A stretch of 42,646 bases of DNA from Octopus bimaculoides (Eukaryota): positions 56,201,129 through 56,243,774 of the forward strand of contig NC_068996.1 of the NCBI RefSeq assembly GCF_001194135.2, in the 5' to 3' direction. The translations under genes were made by a program, and so were the position numbers. How positions within the stretch are numbered: the first letter of the stretch is position 1; every line of letters starts with the position of its first letter. Below, one piece after another: positions 37,791 through 42,646 of this stretch. The notes below the pieces were generated by a model, which did no database searches, was not told the DNA's origin, and was given only the letters and a program-made list of their open reading frames with translations.

Positions 37791-37828
37791 CAGGCACACC
37801 TAGAATATTTGTCCCTACATCATCGACA
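37791..37828 (-). other. Candidate 38-nt internal exon (open frame VDDVGTNILGVP), unverified
   Basis: Acceptor 'cttttgctgccattttcaag|', strong donor 'CTG|gtgagt', located in a non-repetitive island. Confidence 0.25.
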
Positions 37829-38353
37829 CTTGAAAATGGCAGCAAAAGCCACCGCTAACTTTCTGTCTGTCTGTCTCTCTCTTAACTCAGATTCTACCTC
37901 GTTTATCCAATATCCGGCTAAACGGGACACGCTTTAATTAGGGTTCATTACGTATGTGTCTGTGTGTGCCTATAGTTTATAGTGTGTGTGTGTGTGGGGG
38001 GGGGGCGTGTCTGGTTTATATGTAAGTATATGTGTATGTATGGTCTATATGCAACTATGTGTGTCTGTGCCTGTGTCCTTGTGTGTGTGTGTGATCTACA
38101 TGTAAGTATATTTGTATGTGTGTGGTCTATATGTGTGTGGTCTATATGTGAGTGTGTGTGTGTGAGTGCATGGTCTATATTAATAACATGTGTGTGTATG
38201 TTTGAGATCAATGTGTAAGTATATGTGTGCATATGTGTTGGTGTGTATGTGGTTGATATTTCAGTGCATGAGTGTGTCTATGGTCTAAAGCTAATACAAC
38301 AGCATGCATGGCTGTTGCTGTGTTGTGCTTACCTGTATGTGTTCTAAATATAA

Positions 38354-38384
<31 letters not shown>

Positions 38385-38545
38385 CACATGTCTGGTCCAT
38401 ATGTAAGTATATGTATGCCTGTGTGTATGTAGTCTCTATGTATGTTTACATATATGTGTGTGTATATGTCTATATCTGTATGTGGCCCACATATAAGTAT
38501 ATATACATGTGTGTATATGTGTGCCTATGTGCACGTGGTCTACAC

Positions 38546-38591
<46 letters not shown>

Positions 38592-38960
38592 GCATGTATA
38601 GGCATGCATGTGCATGTGTATCTGAATCTGTACGTGGTCAATATGTATTTGTGTGTGTGTGTTGTTATTTGTTTTTGCATTATTATTGTATTCTTTATTT
38701 GTTTGTTTTATGTCTCATGCTGCTGGAACCGGTGCTGCATTTCTATTGCAGAGTCATGGTGCTTTGGTAATAGTAGTCTGGTAGTGCTAGTATGAAGGTA
38801 ATTGTAATTTGGTAATAGAGGCAATATGGGTAATAGAAGTACAATAGTAATAATGTAGTAGCAGTTGCTGTTGTTGTTGTACTAGTGGTACTTAGCAGTA
38901 CTAGTAGTGGCAGCAGCAGCAGCGGTAGCAGCGGCGGCGGCGGTGGTGGTGGCTTTGGTG

Positions 38961-38996
<36 letters not shown>

Positions 38997-39109
38997 GTTG
39001 ATGTATTGTGGTAATGGTAGAATTTTAACAGTAAGTGCAATGAGTAATAGGGAAAAGACAAAAAAGTGATAGAGAAAGAGAGAGAGAATGAACGACAGAC
39101 AGGCAGACA

Positions 39110-39136
39110 GACGAGCAGGCAGATAGATAGATAGAT

Positions 39137-39201
<65 letters not shown>

Positions 39202-39400
39202 AAGAGATAGATAGATAGATAGATCGATAGATATAGAGAAGGAGAAAGATAGATAGATAGACAGACAGACAGACATAAATAGATAGATGGATAGATAGAT
39301 AGACGGACAGATAAACAGACATATGGACAGATAGACAGAAAGACACATCGAATGATGAGGCAGAGAAAAAAAGATATAGAAAAAAGAGAAAGAGAGAGAC
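39110..39400. repeat. Compound (AG)n/(AGAT)n/(AGAC)n microsatellite
   Basis: Read directly from the sequence. Confidence 0.95.
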
Positions 39401-39577
39401 AGAGAAATATACACAAAGGTTGATTTGAAGAGTAAGAAAGAATGATAGGGTGGAAAAGACGATGTGGTGGGTTGAAGAAGGTTCATGTGACACTAAATGA
39501 GCAAAGGAATAAGTGAATGAATGAGAGTGCGAATGAATGAATAAGACAGAAAAATGAGTAAGGAAGTAAGTGAATTG

Positions 39578-39608
<31 letters not shown>

Positions 39609-40052
39609 CAAGGGATAGACAGATAGAGGGAAAGAGAAAGAGAGAGAAAGAAAGAAGAACGCATTGCATTCCCTTCACACCCAATGTTTCTTAAGGGTTA
39701 GGGACTAGGGAAAGCATCTTGTGTTCTGATTTGCAATGAAGTTCAAATATGAAAGGAATAATACTACATGAAAGATATTGAAGACAAAGTAAGGGAGAGG
39801 GGGAGAGAAAGAGAGACGTGGAGGTGGGGCTGGGATGAGAAGAAACAAGGGAAAAAAAGAAAGAAAAAACAAAAGAAAGGACATTTAAGAAGGTAAAAAA
39901 AAAAAAAAAGAGAAAGTGCTAAGCATGATCTGGTAGAGACAGAGACAGTTGGAAAGGATAGTCTGAAAGACATATAATTACATACATATATACATACATC
40001 CTTCCATCTCTACTTAAATAACATATATACATATATGAACAAATACATGTGT

Positions 40053-40101
<49 letters not shown>

Positions 40102-40135
40102 TGTGTATATGTGTGTGTGTATATGTGTGTGTGTG

Positions 40136-40173
<38 letters not shown>

Positions 40174-40297
40174 CATGCACACTTATATTTATATGAATAT
40201 GAATTTATGATTGTATGTATATATATGTGTCTATCTATCTACCTAGTTTATCTATCTATCTATTTATCTATCTATCTATCTACCTGATCTCTCTCTT

Positions 40298-40333
<36 letters not shown>

Positions 40334-40343
40334 NNNNNNNNNN

Positions 40344-40390
<47 letters not shown>

Positions 40391-41409
40391 ATATTATAAT
40401 CTGTACATTACTTGTAACATACACACATCATATATGTACCAAATGTGAAGTAGGTAGATATACATAGATAGACAGACAGACAAACAGATAATGAGATGGG
40501 CAGGTGGGATGTGGAGATATAACGAAAAAATGGAATAAAAACAGAGAATAAACAAGAAAGAAGGACAATCTGACAGCTTAGCTTGGCTAATCCTGGAAGA
40601 GAGATTATCAAGAGATAGAAGCCAGAAATGGAAAGGGTTTCATTAGAATAGGAAGTGATGGTAGTGGTAGTAGTAGTGGTAGTAGTGGTGGTGGTGGTGG
40701 TGGTGGTTGAAGTGAGTGCAGGTCCGATGACAGCATCGAAGTGAGAAAGAGAGAGAGAGAGAAAGGAAGGAAAAATGCGAGGTGAAAAGGACTTGGAAAA
40801 ATGAATGTATGAGAGGGGGGGGGAAGAGAGGGAGTTGTAAAACTGAAGAGTTAAAATGACAATGAAATAACTGTCCCTGACAGACATCTAACAATGATGG
40901 TGATGTAATGACAACGAGGACAACAATGGTAATGATGATGATGATGATGACAACGACGACGATGATTACAATGATGATGGTGATGAGGGGGATGACAAAG
41001 ATGATGACAACAACAGTGGGATGATAACGATGTCTGGTGATTATGGTGGTGGTGGTGATGGCGGTGGTGGTGATAACAGATATGATTGTGGGGGGATGGA
41101 GGAGGGTGTGCAGTGGTGTCGGTGCTGATGCAGTGAAAAAAAAAAGAAGCAATCAGTAGTTGTGGTGCCCTGACGAAGTTCCTCACCCTTCCACCTCCAC
41201 CCCCCACCCTCCACCCTGTTCCACTTGTTCTGGACAGACTGAGAGGTGTCTTGTCTATCAGTGCATTGGTGATGCAGCCATGATACAAGCAGAGTGAGAC
41301 GATAGAGTGTGGAACACACAGGGTGTTTGAGGAAGGAATTGAGGGAGAGGGGGAGGAAGAGGAGAGCAAGGAAGTGAAGATACATGTGTGTGTATGTGTA
41401 TGTGTGTGT

Positions 41410-41661
41410 GAGAGAGAGAGAGACAGAGAGAGAGAGAGACAGAGGGAAGCAGAGAGAGAGAGAGAGAGAGAGAGGGTTATTTGGAAAGGGGCAAGACGAA
41501 AGTCTGACTGACAGACACAAACAAATAGACAGATAGACAGAGGGACAGGCGGACAGACAGACAAGCAGACAGACAGACTGAGAGACAGGCAGACAGACAG
41601 ACAGACAAATAAACAGATTGACAAACAGACAGACTGGGAGACAGGCTGATAGACAAACAGG

Positions 41662-41701
<40 letters not shown>

Positions 41702-41783
41702 TAGATAGATAAATAGATAGATAGATAGATAGATAGATAGATGGGTTGATAGATAGATAGACAGACAGATAGATTGATAGATG

Positions 41784-41845
<62 letters not shown>

Positions 41846-41920
41846 AGGATAGGCTGACAAACAGACAGATAGATAAATATGAAGATAGATAGATAGACAG
41901 GTAGGTAGATAGATAAACAA
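41410..41920. repeat. Compound (AG)n/(AGAC)n/(AGAT)n microsatellite array
   Basis: Read directly from the sequence; it produces the spurious minus-strand ORFs in the track. Confidence 0.95.
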
Positions 41921-42324
41921 ATATACACATATACAGCAAGAAAGAAAGAGAGAGAGATAACAATAAGAGACAGAGAGAAAAAGATGTTGAGATGAGATGT
42001 GATGTAAGTAAGATTGGTTGAGGGTGGGAAAAAATCCACCCCTTCCTGAAACAGAAGAATAGAAACTGGAAGCTGGAAGGTTAAAGGAAGAAGATATGGG
42101 GGAATAATTAGATCATCAAATGAACAGCATAGAGAAAGGGAAAAATGGAGGGACCAGGCAGAATGCATATAGGAGTGTTGTTGTTGTTGTTGGTGGTGGT
42201 GATGGTGGTGTGGGGGGGGGGGTTGAAGTGAAATGAGATGGGAATAAAATTAAACAAGATGGGAGTGATGGGTGAAAAGGAGAGTAGTGGGAGATGAGGG
42301 GGATAATGAAGTAAAAAAGAAAGG

Positions 42325-42646
42325 AGGAGGAGGAGGACGAGAAGGAAGAGGAGAAGGGGAGAAGGAGAAGAATAAGAAAGAAGAGGAGATGGAGGAAGAG
42401 AGGGAAGAGGAGAAGGAGGAGAAGAATAAAGAAGAAGACGAGGAGGAAGAGGAGGAGGAGGTGGAGGAGGAAGAGGAGAAGGAGGAGAATAAGAAAGAAG
42501 AGGAGATGGAGGAAGAGAGGGAAAAGGAGAAGGAGGAGAAGAATAAAGAAGAGGAGGAGGAGGAGGAGGAGGAGGAGGTGGAGGAGGAAGTGGAGAAGGA
42601 GAAGAATAAGAAAGAAGAGGAGATGGAGGAAGAGAGGGAAAAGGAG
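42325..42646. repeat. Purine-rich (GAG/GAA) higher-order tandem repeat, period 117 bp, cut by the window end
   Basis: The anchor 'aataagaaagaagaggagatggaggaagagaggg' recurs at 42371, 42488 and 42605. Confidence 0.85.

Noticed and set aside
38882-42168. Minus-strand ORFs of 150-375 aa (LSIYLS..., poly-H/T)
   Set aside because: They are translations of (AGAT)n, (AGAC)n, (AG)n and (GAT/GGT)n microsatellites.

Overview
AT-rich, microsatellite-saturated animal genomic DNA from a gapped draft assembly (12 N-gaps). The repeat families are ones I recognise as typical of Octopus (inference, not a database result). I cannot support any intact host protein-coding gene; almost all long ORFs in the supplied track are microsatellite or N-gap artefacts. 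The window is a patchwork of tRNA-derived SINEs, short elements carrying an RTE-LINE 3' tail, and decayed autonomous elements: an RTE RT fragment with YADD and a PHD-like finger, an RTE-BovB-like fragment, R4/Dong-like restriction-like-endonuclease C-termini, an RTE-type C2H2 tail, a maT/DD37D deletion derivative, a pogo/Tigger fossil and a probable solo LTR. There are also several fold-back elements. The most interesting signal is a set of minimal type I hammerhead-ribozyme (HHR) motifs (CUGANGA...GAAA...NUH with palindromic helix III). They lie in at least four sequence-unrelated short, mostly (TA)n-flanked elements at about 10.1-10.4 kb, 10.9 kb, 16.25 kb and 32.1-32.5 kb, and two of these elements carry ribozymes on both strands. 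This architecture matches the dimer-cleaving HHRs of Penelope-like elements and retrozymes, but activity is untested. A few minus-strand exon candidates are low confidence.
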